A stretch of DNA of 64,000 nt from the NCBI GenBank assembly GCA_965204575.1, contig OZ241993.1:1488586-1552585 (forward strand), given 5' to 3'. Under the pieces are notes generated by a model, which ran no database searches, was not told the DNA's origin, and worked only from the letters and a program-made list of their open reading frames with translations. The DNA is from an uncultured candidatus Porisulfidus sp. Its GTDB lineage: Bacteria; Pseudomonadota; Gammaproteobacteria; Poriferisulfidales; Poriferisulfidaceae. Positions 1 through 9,507 of this stretch are shown in pieces; the stretch's first letter is position 1, and each line of letters begins with the position of its first letter. Position numbers and translations under genes: made by a program.

Positions 1-50
1 GTTCAGAGGATTCGGATCGAACTTCTGAAATAAGGGGGATCAAATGGAAT

Positions 51-1181
51 ATGGAGACACGACGCTACACCGGGTTGATTGACCGTTATCGGGAATTCCT
101 GCCCATTGCGCAGGACACGCCAGCGGTTACCCTGTGCGAGGGTGATACCCCGCTCATCGAGTTGAAGCGACTGCCTCGCGAATGGGGGACGGACTGCCGG
201 GTGTTGGCCAAGTTCGAAGGGCTCAACCCGACCGGCTCATTCAAGGATCGAGGCATGACCGTGGCGGTGACCCGAGCCGCGGAAGCGGGCAGCCGGGCGA
301 TCATCTGCGCATCTACGGGCAACACTTCGGCATCCGCTGCGGCTTATGCCACTCGGGCCGGCATGGAATGTTTCGTGCTGATTCCAGAAGGAAACGTGGC
401 ACTCGGAAAACTTGCCCAGGCGATTATGCACGGCGCGACCATCCTCCAGATCAAGGGGAATTTCGACGATGGCATGCGACTCGTCCGGAAAGTGGGTGAG
501 GAAATGCCCGTATCCATCGTCAATTCAATCAATCCCTACCGGCTCCAGGGACAAAAAACCATCGCCTATGAAGTCGTTGGTGCTTTGGCAGGCGTACCGG
601 ATTACCATTGCCTCCCGGTCGGGAATGCGGGCAATATCAGCGCGCACTGGATCGGATACAGCGAATTGGCCGGCTGCCGCTCCGAAGTGACGGAAGCCTG
701 CGAGTCTTCGTTGGACTCACACAATATCGAAGTGCCGAAACAGGTCGACAAACGACCGGTCATGGTGGGTTACCAGGCCTCGGGCAGCGCCCCGTTCCTG
801 CGGGGTAAATGGGTGGAGAAGCCGGAGACCCGAGCGACGGCCATCCGCATCGGCCACCCGCAGAGCTGGGATTACGCCTGGACCGTGCACCGCGAGTCGG
901 GCGGCTGGTTCGATGAATGCACGGACGAAGAAATCCTGGAAACGCAAAGGCAGCTGGCCAGCAATGAGGGAATTTTCTGCGAGCCGGCGTCGGCCGTGTC
1001 GGTCGCGGGCGTCATGCGGGACATCCGCTCGGGCAAGATCGAAAATGGCAGTACCGTGGTCTGCACACTGACGGGGCACGGATTGAAGGACCCCAGCGTG
1101 GTCGAGGACGTGAAACTGGAAAGCGTCGAACCCACTCTGGCGAACATCAAGGACGCAATCGGGAACAAGCTGGGAACCTGA
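51..1181 (+). CDS. thrC: Threonine synthase (short form, PLP-dependent)
   Basis: 376 aa. The GSFKDRGM PLP-lysine motif and CASTGNTSAS glycine-rich loop are present. Collinear with short ThrC such as the B. subtilis type. Confidence 0.85.
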   Translation: METRRYTGLIDRYREFLPIAQDTPAVTLCEGDTPLIELKRLPREWGTDCRVLAKFEGLNPTGSFKDRGMTVAVTRAAEAGSRAIICASTGNTSASAAAYATRAGMECFVLIPEGNVALGKLAQAIMHGATILQIKGNFDDGMRLVRKVGEEMPVSIVNSINPYRLQGQKTIAYEVVGALAGVPDYHCLPVGNAGNISAHWIGYSELAGCRSEVTEACESSLDSHNIEVPKQVDKRPVMVGYQASGSAPFLRGKWVEKPETRATAIRIGHPQSWDYAWTVHRESGGWFDECTDEEILETQRQLASNEGIFCEPASAVSVAGVMRDIRSGKIENGSTVVCTLTGHGLKDPSVVEDVKLESVEPTLANIKDAIGNKLGT

Positions 1182-1375
1182 GTCTCGCCTCGCTCCCGCA
1201 CAGGAGACGGATCGGTTCAGATCAAGACGCAGATTTGATGCAGCCCAGCCGGGTGAAGGGAATCAAGCGAGGCGTTGCCGTCTGATAGTCGCTGTAGGAA
1301 GGGTAACGCGACGCGGATATGGTTTCGGTCATTTTGGTCGAGCCGAAGAACACACCGGTAATCCTCCCCGCCGGG

Positions 1376-1665
1376 CTAATAGCCCCCTTTTCGCGCGTAA
1401 TTGAATGTCAAGCGGATTGTCCAGAGGCACACCAGAAGCGTCATCAAGTTCAGGCGGGATGATTCGAAATCCGCGCTTGAAGCAACCAGCGGGCAAAAAA
1501 TATGGCCGGAGCCATCGGCCAAACCCGATCGACCCACGAATATTCGCGCGTGATGATCGATAGCAGCCAGCACGTAATCGCCAAGACGATGGCGAGATCA
1601 AAAACGGCTCCATACGGCGTGCCCACCATAGGATGGTTGATGAAGTTGAGGAGCGAAAGATCCAC
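1376..1665 (-). pseudogene. Frameshifted and truncated remnant of a DUF1295/ICMT-like integral membrane protein
   Basis: Two overlapping minus-strand ORFs in different frames (1450-1665 and 1376-1573) both give hydrophobic DUF1295-like sequence (…REYSWVDRVWP…, …LLVCLWTIRLTFNYARKGGY). Together they cover only about 100 of the roughly 260 aa expected. The rest would collide with thrC. Confidence 0.35.
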
Positions 1666-1689
1666 TGTCGGATCTGCCCCGAAGTTTGA

Positions 1690-3081
1690 TCAGATCCGGC
1701 GTGCCAACTCGGCTGCGGCACCGATGTAGTCACGTGGCGTCATTGCCGACAGTCGTTGCTTGGCTTCGTCCGGCAAATCCAATCCCGAAATGAACTCGGC
1801 TAGGTTCTCCCGGGTGATGTGCTGTCCCCGGGTGAATGCCTTGAGCTGTTCGTAGGGGTCCGGCAGGCCGTAACGTTTCATTACGGTCTGGACGGCTTCC
1901 GCCAAAACCTCGGGACAGGCTTCCAGATCATCATCCAGCCGCTCCGCATCCACATCCAACTTGCCCAGGCCGCGCTCAAGCGCGGCGTATGCATTGGTGC
2001 TGCATGCCAAGGTCGCACCCATATTCCGCAATACGGTGGAATCGCTCAGGTCGCGCTGCAGGCGTGAAATTGGCAGTTTGTTCGCATAGTAGTCCAGTTC
2101 GGCGCAAGCCAACCCCAAGTTGCCCTCCGCATTCTCGAAGTCGATCGGATTGACCTTGTGCGGCATGGTGGAGGAGCCGACTTCACCGATTTTGGTCTTC
2201 TGCTGGAAGTAGCCCAGAGAAATGTACTGCCAGACGTCCCGCGCGAAATCGGTCAGCAGGTTGTTGATCCGAATCAGGCAGTGGAAGAACTCTGCAAACT
2301 GGTCGTAGGGTTCGATTTGCGTCGTGTAGGAATTCGAATCCAACCCGAGCGAATCCAGGACTTTTTTGGAAAGCTCGGTCCAGTCGACTTCCGGGTAGGC
2401 AGCGAGATGTGCGTTGTAGTTGCCGACGGCGCCGTTCATCTTGCCCAGAAAACGCATGCTACGAAGAGGTTCCAGTTGGCGTCGGAGCCGGGCAACCGTC
2501 ACCGCGAGTTCCTTGCCGACGGTGGTTGGCGAGGCGGGCTGGCCGTGTGTGCGCGACAACATCGGGATCTCCGCATATTCATGAGCCATGCTCTGAATGT
2601 TTTGTTCAAGGCGTTCCAGTGCCGGCAACACGACCTCCGTGCGGGCGCGGTCAAGCATCAGGGCGTAGGCGGGATGGTTGGCATCCCACGAAGTGCAGGC
2701 AAAGTGAATGAATCCTTCCAGCGTGCCCAGATCCGGATCTTCCTTGAGCTTTTCGCGTAAGAAATACTCCAAGGCCTTGACATCGTGATTGGTTTCTTTT
2801 TCGATGTCCTTGACCTGCTGAGCCTGATCAGGAGAGAACCCCGAAACCAGCGACTGCAGGCGCTCTTTGGCCTCATCGGATAAAGGTGGAACTTCTGGAA
2901 TCCCCGGATGATCCGACAAGGCCAAAAGCCATGCGGCCTCCACCTCAAGACGGTGGTGAATCAGGCCGAATTCTGAGAATAACTGGCGCAGCCGCGTGCT
3001 TGTGGTCTTGTAGTAGCGCCCATCAACCGGCGACAGGGCGGTCAAAGGCGAAAGTTCCAAACGCGCGGCTCTCAAGAACAA
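1690..3081 (-). CDS. purB: Adenylosuccinate lyase
   Basis: 463 aa. The N-terminus LSPLTALSPVDGRY matches the PurB start and the fumarase/ASL lyase family signature is present. Confidence 0.9.
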   Translation of the reverse strand: MFLRAARLELSPLTALSPVDGRYYKTTSTRLRQLFSEFGLIHHRLEVEAAWLLALSDHPGIPEVPPLSDEAKERLQSLVSGFSPDQAQQVKDIEKETNHDVKALEYFLREKLKEDPDLGTLEGFIHFACTSWDANHPAYALMLDRARTEVVLPALERLEQNIQSMAHEYAEIPMLSRTHGQPASPTTVGKELAVTVARLRRQLEPLRSMRFLGKMNGAVGNYNAHLAAYPEVDWTELSKKVLDSLGLDSNSYTTQIEPYDQFAEFFHCLIRINNLLTDFARDVWQYISLGYFQQKTKIGEVGSSTMPHKVNPIDFENAEGNLGLACAELDYYANKLPISRLQRDLSDSTVLRNMGATLACSTNAYAALERGLGKLDVDAERLDDDLEACPEVLAEAVQTVMKRYGLPDPYEQLKAFTRGQHITRENLAEFISGLDLPDEAKQRLSAMTPRDYIGAAAELARRI

Positions 3082-3153
3082 GATTTCAAAAGTTAATTAT
3101 ACTGGGATTTGCCTTGTATACTGCCCCTTGCAAGGAACCGCCTTCTTTATCAA

Positions 3154-4533
3154 ATGGCCTCAAATCGCACAGAAAAAGACAGCATGGGGGAAATTCAGGT
3201 TCCCGAAGATGCCCTTTATGGTGCACAAACACAGCGTGCAGTTGAAAACTTCCCGATCAGCGGCCTGACCATGCCGCGCGCCTTCCTATACGGGCTGGGC
3301 CTGGTCAAGCGGGCTTGTGCAGAAGCCAATGCCAGCTTGGGCTTGCTGGAGCAGGAAAAAGCCGATGCCATCGTCGAGGCCGCCCAGCAGGTCGTGGAAG
3401 GCCAGCACGACGCAGAATTCCCGGTTGACGTGTTCCAGACCGGTTCCGGGACCAGCACGAACATGAACGCCAATGAGGTGATTGCCCATCTGGCGGGGAA
3501 GGGTGTGCACCCCAACGATCACGTCAACATGAGTCAGAGCTCCAACGACGTGATTCCGACCGTCCTGCATGTCAGCGCCACGTTGGCGCTTAATGAGCAG
3601 TTGTTGCCTGCCTTACGGCACTTGCAGCAAGTGGCAGAAGCCAAGGCGACTGAGTTGGATCAGCAGGTCAAGACTGGTCGTACCCACCTGATGGATGCGA
3701 TGCCGGTGCGGATGTCGCAGGAAGTCGGGGCTTGGGCCAGTCAGATTCGTTACGGAATAGAGCGGGTCGAGGCGGCATTGCCCCGGTTGCTGGAACTGGC
3801 ACAGGGCGGCACGGCAGTGGGCAGCGGCATCAATGCCCCGGAAGGATTCGAGGATGCTTTCATCAAATCGATTCGAAGCAGTACTTCGCTCGACTTCCGA
3901 TCCAAGCCGGATAAATTCGAGGGACTGGCGGCCCAAGATACGGCCGTAGAACTCAGCGGGCAGTTGCGCACAGTGGCCGTGGGCCTGATGAAAATCGCCA
4001 ACGACTTGCGCTGGATGAATTCCGGGCCCTTGGCGGGTCTTGGAGAGATCGCGTTGCCGGCCCTGCAGCCAGGCAGCAGCATCATGCCGGGCAAGGTCAA
4101 TCCGGTGATTCCCGAGGCTACGGCGATGGTGGCCGCCCAAGTGATGGGGAACGATGCGACGATTGCCGTGGCCGGACAGTCTGGCAGCTTCCAGTTGAAC
4201 GTCATGCTGCCAGTGATTGCCTACAACCTATTGCAAAGTATTGAATTACTGTCTAATTCTTCACGTCTTCTGGCCGACCAGGCGATTTCCGGTTTCATCG
4301 TCAACGAAACAGTGTTGCAAGAATCCCTTGAGAAGAATCCGATCCTGGTGACGGCATTGAATACCGTAATCGGCTATGAGAAGGGGGCGGCCATTGCCAA
4401 GCAAGCCTACGCGGAAGGACGCCCAGTCATCGACGTGGCGCGCGAACAAACCGACCTGTCCGAAGAAGAGTTAAAGCGCCTTCTAGACCCCGGAGCATTG
4501 ACCCGCGGGGGCATTCAAAAGGCTGATGGCTAG
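3154..4533 (+). CDS. fumC: Class II fumarate hydratase / aspartase-family lyase (most like FumC)
   Basis: KDSMGEIQVP…AQTQRAVENF N-terminus and the GSSIMPGKVNP signature are present. Start chosen at the internal Met (MASNRTEKDSMG). FumC versus AspA is not fully resolved by eye. Confidence 0.7.
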   Translation: MASNRTEKDSMGEIQVPEDALYGAQTQRAVENFPISGLTMPRAFLYGLGLVKRACAEANASLGLLEQEKADAIVEAAQQVVEGQHDAEFPVDVFQTGSGTSTNMNANEVIAHLAGKGVHPNDHVNMSQSSNDVIPTVLHVSATLALNEQLLPALRHLQQVAEAKATELDQQVKTGRTHLMDAMPVRMSQEVGAWASQIRYGIERVEAALPRLLELAQGGTAVGSGINAPEGFEDAFIKSIRSSTSLDFRSKPDKFEGLAAQDTAVELSGQLRTVAVGLMKIANDLRWMNSGPLAGLGEIALPALQPGSSIMPGKVNPVIPEATAMVAAQVMGNDATIAVAGQSGSFQLNVMLPVIAYNLLQSIELLSNSSRLLADQAISGFIVNETVLQESLEKNPILVTALNTVIGYEKGAAIAKQAYAEGRPVIDVAREQTDLSEEELKRLLDPGALTRGGIQKADG

Positions 4534-4605
4534 TGATAACATTGAGGTAAAGCACGATGCTTCGCAGATGCGTGTCCATGTATGAAATAACGGGGAATTC
4601 CTATG

Positions 4606-4611
4606 TATAAT
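4606..4611 (+). promoter_or_regulatory. TATAAT -10-like hexamer 10 nt upstream of the methyltransferase ATG. The resulting transcript would be near-leaderless
   Basis: Exact TATAAT match with no Shine-Dalgarno between it and the ATG at 4622. The region is AT-rich compared with flanking genes. Confidence 0.25.
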
Positions 4612-4621
4612 TGCAGAGCAA

Positions 4622-5380
4622 ATGGCGACAACCTTGAGTTTGCTCGACCTGATGCAGATACAGACAACCCTAGAACACAAAAATACGGCAAATAAGAAGC
4701 GCCGTGTTCGGAACGGCGCTGCAACAAACGATCTTGTTGTCAGTGCCTATTCGGAAGGAAACGACAGGGTGTTTCCACGCATTCTGGATTTATACGTATC
4801 CCCAGGATGCACCATCGCTGATGTCACCTTTGGGAAAGGGGTCTTCTGGCGAAACGTTCCAGACAGGAAATACGATCTTCTGGCCACCGACATTTTGGAC
4901 GGGGTTGATTGCCGTGAACTTCCTTATCAGGATGAATCTATTGATTGCGTTGTGTTGGACCCACCGTATATGCATTCACCCGGCGGGACGGCCTATAAAG
5001 CGTCTCACACTCAGTTTGAAGCCTATTATCGAAACAATAGTGCGGCGAACCGTACCGGGAGCAAGTACCACGACGCGGTTCTTGATCTGTACAAGGATGC
5101 CGGTTTGGAAGCTTACCGGGTTTTACATGAACGGGGCGTGATGATTGTTAAATGTCAAGATGAGGTATGTGCCAATACCCAGCGTTTTACGCATGTTGAA
5201 ATCATGCAGGCATACGAAGAAATGGGGTTTGTCGCTGAAGACATATTCGTTGTTGTCAGAAGCAACAAACCAGGGGTCAGCCGCACGGTCCGACAGGTTC
5301 ACGCGAGGAAAAATCATTCCTACTTCTTGGTGTTTTGGAAACGCATTGGAGGCAAGGGGAAATGGAACCCACCAACATAG
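4622..5380 (+). CDS. Amino (N6-A/N4-C) DNA methyltransferase with gamma-like motif order (motif I DVTFGKGVF, then motif IV DPPY)
   Basis: 252 aa. VLDPPY catalytic motif sits about 45 aa after a D-x3-G-x-G-x-F SAM-binding motif. The gene is low-GC and lies in an insertion between fumC and acnA. Confidence 0.6.
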   Translation: MATTLSLLDLMQIQTTLEHKNTANKKRRVRNGAATNDLVVSAYSEGNDRVFPRILDLYVSPGCTIADVTFGKGVFWRNVPDRKYDLLATDILDGVDCRELPYQDESIDCVVLDPPYMHSPGGTAYKASHTQFEAYYRNNSAANRTGSKYHDAVLDLYKDAGLEAYRVLHERGVMIVKCQDEVCANTQRFTHVEIMQAYEEMGFVAEDIFVVVRSNKPGVSRTVRQVHARKNHSYFLVFWKRIGGKGKWNPPT

Positions 5381-5868
5381 ACCCAATCGCCTTACTGGCT
5401 GGCATCATAAAGGAGCATGCTCCGGAAGATATCTGGGCGGAGTCTCCTCTCTCCGACTATCGCAAGCTTGGCAACACAAATCGAGGTGAAATTGGAGAAG
5501 AATTCATCAGGAGATATTTGAAGGCAAAAGGGGTGAGCGTTTCAAATGGCAATAGGACATCTCCTGTAGATTTAACCATTGACGAAAACAAGTTCGAGAT
5601 TAAGACCGCTTCCCTCGGAGCGAACGGGACATTCCAGTTCAATCACATACGCTTGGACAGGGACTACGGTTATCTGCTTTGCCTAGGGATATGCCCGAAA
5701 GATATTGTCTTCGATATGTGGAGAAATGGAGATGTTGCTGAAGGACAGGCGGGGAAACTCGTTCGGATGGCGGAAGGACAATCGGTGACCTATAAACTCA
5801 CAAAAAAACTTACGGACATGAGTCCTATAGACGTTCTCCCGAATTTCCTAAATCTCCCAAGTAAGTAG
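5335..5868 (+). CDS. Small PD-(D/E)xK-motif protein, candidate restriction endonuclease partner of the methyltransferase
   Basis: 177 aa. Overlaps the MTase 3' end by 19-46 nt. Contains SPVDLTIDENKFEIKT, i.e. a PD…E-x-K arrangement with typical spacing. Low GC. No family is recognised by eye. Confidence 0.45.
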   Translation: METHWRQGEMEPTNIDPIALLAGIIKEHAPEDIWAESPLSDYRKLGNTNRGEIGEEFIRRYLKAKGVSVSNGNRTSPVDLTIDENKFEIKTASLGANGTFQFNHIRLDRDYGYLLCLGICPKDIVFDMWRNGDVAEGQAGKLVRMAEGQSVTYKLTKKLTDMSPIDVLPNFLNLPSK

Positions 5869-6152
5869 CGTAGGGGCAAGGACTAAGCTAATCTTGATCT
5901 TGCCGCCCGCGTCCTGCTGGGCACATTTTTGGGGGATTTGATATAGTAAAATGCCACGCGTAAAGCGTTGAAAACGCCTAAAGTCACAATAGAAAACTGC
6001 ACAAATTCCATCTTCAAACATGGAGGCCGGGAGATTACAGATCCCGACCTCATTCCATTACCAAACTTAAGGAGTTAGAAGTGATTTACTACCAAGACAA
6101 AGAACCCGTTCCTCACATTCCACCCGGAAAGGAAGAAAGAGACGGTGGCAAG

Positions 6153-6623
6153 TCAAAGTACGGAAAAGACAGTCATCCAAGCCAGAAGAAAGATTTGCAC
6201 TAAAACAGCCCATGATGCATATTTCAGTAGATCTGCTTTTCGCTGTAGGATCATCCGGTTTGAAGCAATAGCCTCACCGTATGTGTTGCCTATCGCCCTG
6301 ACAACAGCTGAGGACGGATAGTCTTTTAATTTTTTGGCTACCTCTTCCATATCTGGAGAGGTGTGCCATCTGCTCGGATGCACCATAATCATAGTTATTA
6401 CAGCTATGACGATGAACATTAGTCCCTGCCCCATGAAGAGGTAGGGTTCGTTCTTAGTGCAGGCTTCACCGATTTTTAGAATCGTAAGGCCAAAACCAAT
6501 CATTAGGCCAGAGTAACCAGCCATTTTTAGTATTCTGTCGGAAAATTCCCGATGGAGGTTTTCTTGGCCCAACAATTTGTCTCGACCAAGATTTAGATAC
6601 GCAGATATAGAATCTGGACTCAT
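6153..6623 (-). CDS. Hypothetical integral membrane protein (3 predicted TM helices) in the low-GC island
   Basis: 156 aa with hydrophobic stretches GYSGLMIGFGLTILKIG, LFMGQGLMFIVIAVITMIMV and WAVLVQIFLLAWMTVFSVL. AT-rich codon usage. Convergent with the MTase/nuclease pair. Confidence 0.5.
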   Translation of the reverse strand: MSPDSISAYLNLGRDKLLGQENLHREFSDRILKMAGYSGLMIGFGLTILKIGEACTKNEPYLFMGQGLMFIVIAVITMIMVHPSRWHTSPDMEEVAKKLKDYPSSAVVRAIGNTYGEAIASNRMILQRKADLLKYASWAVLVQIFLLAWMTVFSVL

Positions 6624-6734
6624 TCTAGGATTCTATCAGAAGGCTTCTATGCAGCAGCTAAAAACCTTCGACACTAAGGTATGTAAGCCTCTTTTTTTTC
6701 TAGGTCTTTCTCGCTTGCAGAAGATTAATTTTTT

Positions 6735-9407
6735 TCAGGCAGCCAGTTGGCGCAGCACGTAGTGCAGGATTCCCCCATGTCGGTAGTATTCCGATTCCTG
6801 CGGGGTATCGATACGCACCGCTACCTCGAATGTCCTAGTCGCACCTCCGTTATCGGCCGAGACCGCCGTCACCTTCAGCCGCCCACCCGGCTTGCTTGCG
6901 GCATCAAGGCCAAGTATGTCGAAGACCTCTTCACCGGCCAGTCCCAGCGACTCTGCATTTTCTCCCGGCTGGAACTGCAACGGCAGGATTCCCATGCCGA
7001 TCAGGTTCGATCGGTGAATTCGCTCGTAACTTTCCGCGATGACGGCGCGCACGCCCTGCAGTCGCGGACCCTTGGCGGCCCAATCGCGGGATGAACCGCA
7101 GCCGTATTCCTTGCCGGCCAGCACAATCAGCGGGATTCCTTCCTCGCGGTATTCCATGGCCGCATCGAAAATCGACATCAATTCGCCATCCGGCAAGTGC
7201 CGGGTGACACCCCCCTCAACGCCATTGGCCAGGCGGTTCCGCAGCCGGATGTTGGCAAAGGTCCCCCGCATCATCACTTCATGGTTGCCTCGGCGCGAGC
7301 CGTAGGAATTGAAGTCAGCCGGTAGCACGCCGCGTGCGATCAGGTAGCGTCCGGCCGGGCTATCTTCAGCGATGGAACCGGCTGGCGAAATATGATCGGT
7401 CGTAACCGAATCACCGAGAAATGCCAGTACTCGTGCACCTTGAATATCGACAGGGTCCGCCACTTCCATGGAAAGATCCTCGAAGTAGGGCGGATGCGAT
7501 ACGTAAGTCGAGTCAGGCCATTCGTAGAGCCCACTTGAGACGCTCTCAAGACCGGCCCAATGATCGTCGCCTTGGAATACGTTCTGATAGCTTGCCCGGA
7601 ATTGGCCGGCATCCAACGCGCGCCCCATGACTTCGGCAACCTCATGCTGGGTCGGCCAAAGCTCCTTCAGGTAAACCGGCTGGCCTTGCGGTGTCGTGGC
7701 AAGCGGCTCCCGGTACAGGTCCACGTCCATTCTCCCGGCGATGGCATAGGCCACCACCAAGGGCGGCGAAGCCAAGTAGTTCATTAGGACCTGAGCATGG
7801 ATCCGTCCTTCAAAGTTCCGGTTGCCGGACAGCACGGATACGGCGGTCAAGTCATTGTCTTGGACGATTTTCGAGACCTGTTCCGGCAGGGGCCCGGAAT
7901 TGCCGATACAGGTGGTACAACCGTAGCCGACCAGGTGAAAGCCCAGTTGCTTCAAGGCTTCCATCAAACCCGCCCGCTCCAGGTAGTCCGTCACCACGCG
8001 CGAGCCGGGAGCCAGGGAAGTCTTGACCCAGGGGCGGGCCTTCAGTCCCAACTCCATGGCCTTCTTCGCGACCAGCCCGGCGGCCACCATGACCGACGGA
8101 TTGGACGTGTTCGTGCAAGAAGTAATGGCGGCAATGGCGACCAGCCCGTCGCCCACAGTGCAAGCCTGGCCATCGATCTCGACCTCCAAGTCGAACTGCT
8201 GCGACTTGTCGCGTGCTTGGTTGATCTCTTCCAGCCGAGTCTGGAATTGCGAGGCTGCTTCGCGCAGCGGCACCCGATCCTGAGGCCGTTTGGGTCCGGC
8301 CAAGCTCGGTTCGATTGAACCCAGATCCAGTTCGAGTGATTCGCTGTACTCGGCCGGCTCATCGCCGGCCTCACGCCACATTCCCTGCTCTCTCGCATAG
8401 GCCTCGACCCGGTCGGCCAGGTGTTCGTCCCGACCGGTCAGGCGCAGGTAATTGACCGTTTCGGCATCGATTGGGAATAGCCCGCAAGTTGCCCCATATT
8501 CCGGCGCCATGTTGGCGATGGTGGCTCGGTCCCCGATGGACAGTTGGTCCAGCCCATCACCATGGAATTCGACAAACTTGCCAACCACGCCGTGTTCTCG
8601 CAGCATCTGGACGATCGTCAGCACCAGGTCCGTGCCGGTGGCACCTTCCGGCAGGTTGCCGGTCAGCTGGAAACCGACGACACGGGGGATCAGCATGGAA
8701 ATCGGTTGGCCGAGCATGGAGGCTTCCGCTTCGATGCCGCCCACGCCCCAGCCTAGAACACCAATACCGTTGATCATCGTCGTGTGGGAATCGGTACCGA
8801 CCAAGGTGTCGGGATAGGCTTCCAGCATGCCATCGCGTTCCTGCGCGAACACCACGCGTGCCAAATATTCGAGGTTGACTTGATGCACGATGCCGGTGTC
8901 TGGCGGCACGACCTTGAAATTGCTAAAGGCGTTCTGGCCCCATTTGAGGAACTGGTAGCGTTCCCGGTTTCGGTCGAATTCCAGCTTTGCATTGAGGTCG
9001 AACGCCTGATCACTGGCGAATTGGTCGACCTGGACCGAGTGATCAATGACCAGTTCGGCCGGTTGCAGGGGATTGATGCGTTCCGGATTGCCGCCCAGCA
9101 CGCCCATGGCATCGCGCATGGCGGCCAAGTCAACTACGGCGGGAACCCCGGTGAAGTCCTGCATCAGCACGCGGGCAGGGCGGAACGCGATCTCTTGGCT
9201 GGCTTCGGCGGATGGATCCCAGTTCAGCAGAGCCTGAATGTCCTCCGGGGTGACCGTGCGGCCATCCTCGTGGCGCAACAGGTTCTCTAGAAGGATTTTC
9301 AGTGAAAATGGAAGGCGATTGGCACCTTCCAAGTCGGTTAGCCGGTATATCCGATAAGTTTCTTCACCGACCTTGAGGGTAGACTTCGTATTGAAACTGT
9401 TTCCCAT
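6735..9407 (-). CDS. acnA: Aconitate hydratase A
   Basis: 890 aa. Typical AcnA length and N-terminus, with Fe-S ligand regions (…TSCTNTSNP…, …CIGNSGP…). Confidence 0.9.
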   Translation of the reverse strand: MGNSFNTKSTLKVGEETYRIYRLTDLEGANRLPFSLKILLENLLRHEDGRTVTPEDIQALLNWDPSAEASQEIAFRPARVLMQDFTGVPAVVDLAAMRDAMGVLGGNPERINPLQPAELVIDHSVQVDQFASDQAFDLNAKLEFDRNRERYQFLKWGQNAFSNFKVVPPDTGIVHQVNLEYLARVVFAQERDGMLEAYPDTLVGTDSHTTMINGIGVLGWGVGGIEAEASMLGQPISMLIPRVVGFQLTGNLPEGATGTDLVLTIVQMLREHGVVGKFVEFHGDGLDQLSIGDRATIANMAPEYGATCGLFPIDAETVNYLRLTGRDEHLADRVEAYAREQGMWREAGDEPAEYSESLELDLGSIEPSLAGPKRPQDRVPLREAASQFQTRLEEINQARDKSQQFDLEVEIDGQACTVGDGLVAIAAITSCTNTSNPSVMVAAGLVAKKAMELGLKARPWVKTSLAPGSRVVTDYLERAGLMEALKQLGFHLVGYGCTTCIGNSGPLPEQVSKIVQDNDLTAVSVLSGNRNFEGRIHAQVLMNYLASPPLVVAYAIAGRMDVDLYREPLATTPQGQPVYLKELWPTQHEVAEVMGRALDAGQFRASYQNVFQGDDHWAGLESVSSGLYEWPDSTYVSHPPYFEDLSMEVADPVDIQGARVLAFLGDSVTTDHISPAGSIAEDSPAGRYLIARGVLPADFNSYGSRRGNHEVMMRGTFANIRLRNRLANGVEGGVTRHLPDGELMSIFDAAMEYREEGIPLIVLAGKEYGCGSSRDWAAKGPRLQGVRAVIAESYERIHRSNLIGMGILPLQFQPGENAESLGLAGEEVFDILGLDAASKPGGRLKVTAVSADNGGATRTFEVAVRIDTPQESEYYRHGGILHYVLRQLAA

Positions 9408-9507
9408 AGTTTTGTAATTACGTAAGTTTTCGTTTAGAAAAAATGAGCTTTAACGCTCCGCCAGGATTGGCGGGCGGCGACACACACCTATTTTCGCACG
9501 AAACCGT

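Noticed and set aside
43-90. Alternative thrC start at ATG 43
   Set aside because: Different frame that terminates after 12 codons. ATG 51 gives the canonical ThrC N-terminus.
1372-1395. Possible intrinsic terminator (GGGCTAATAGCCC + TTTT)
   Set aside because: Stem of only 4-6 bp with a 1-5-nt loop. It is 190 nt from the thrC stop. Too weak to call.
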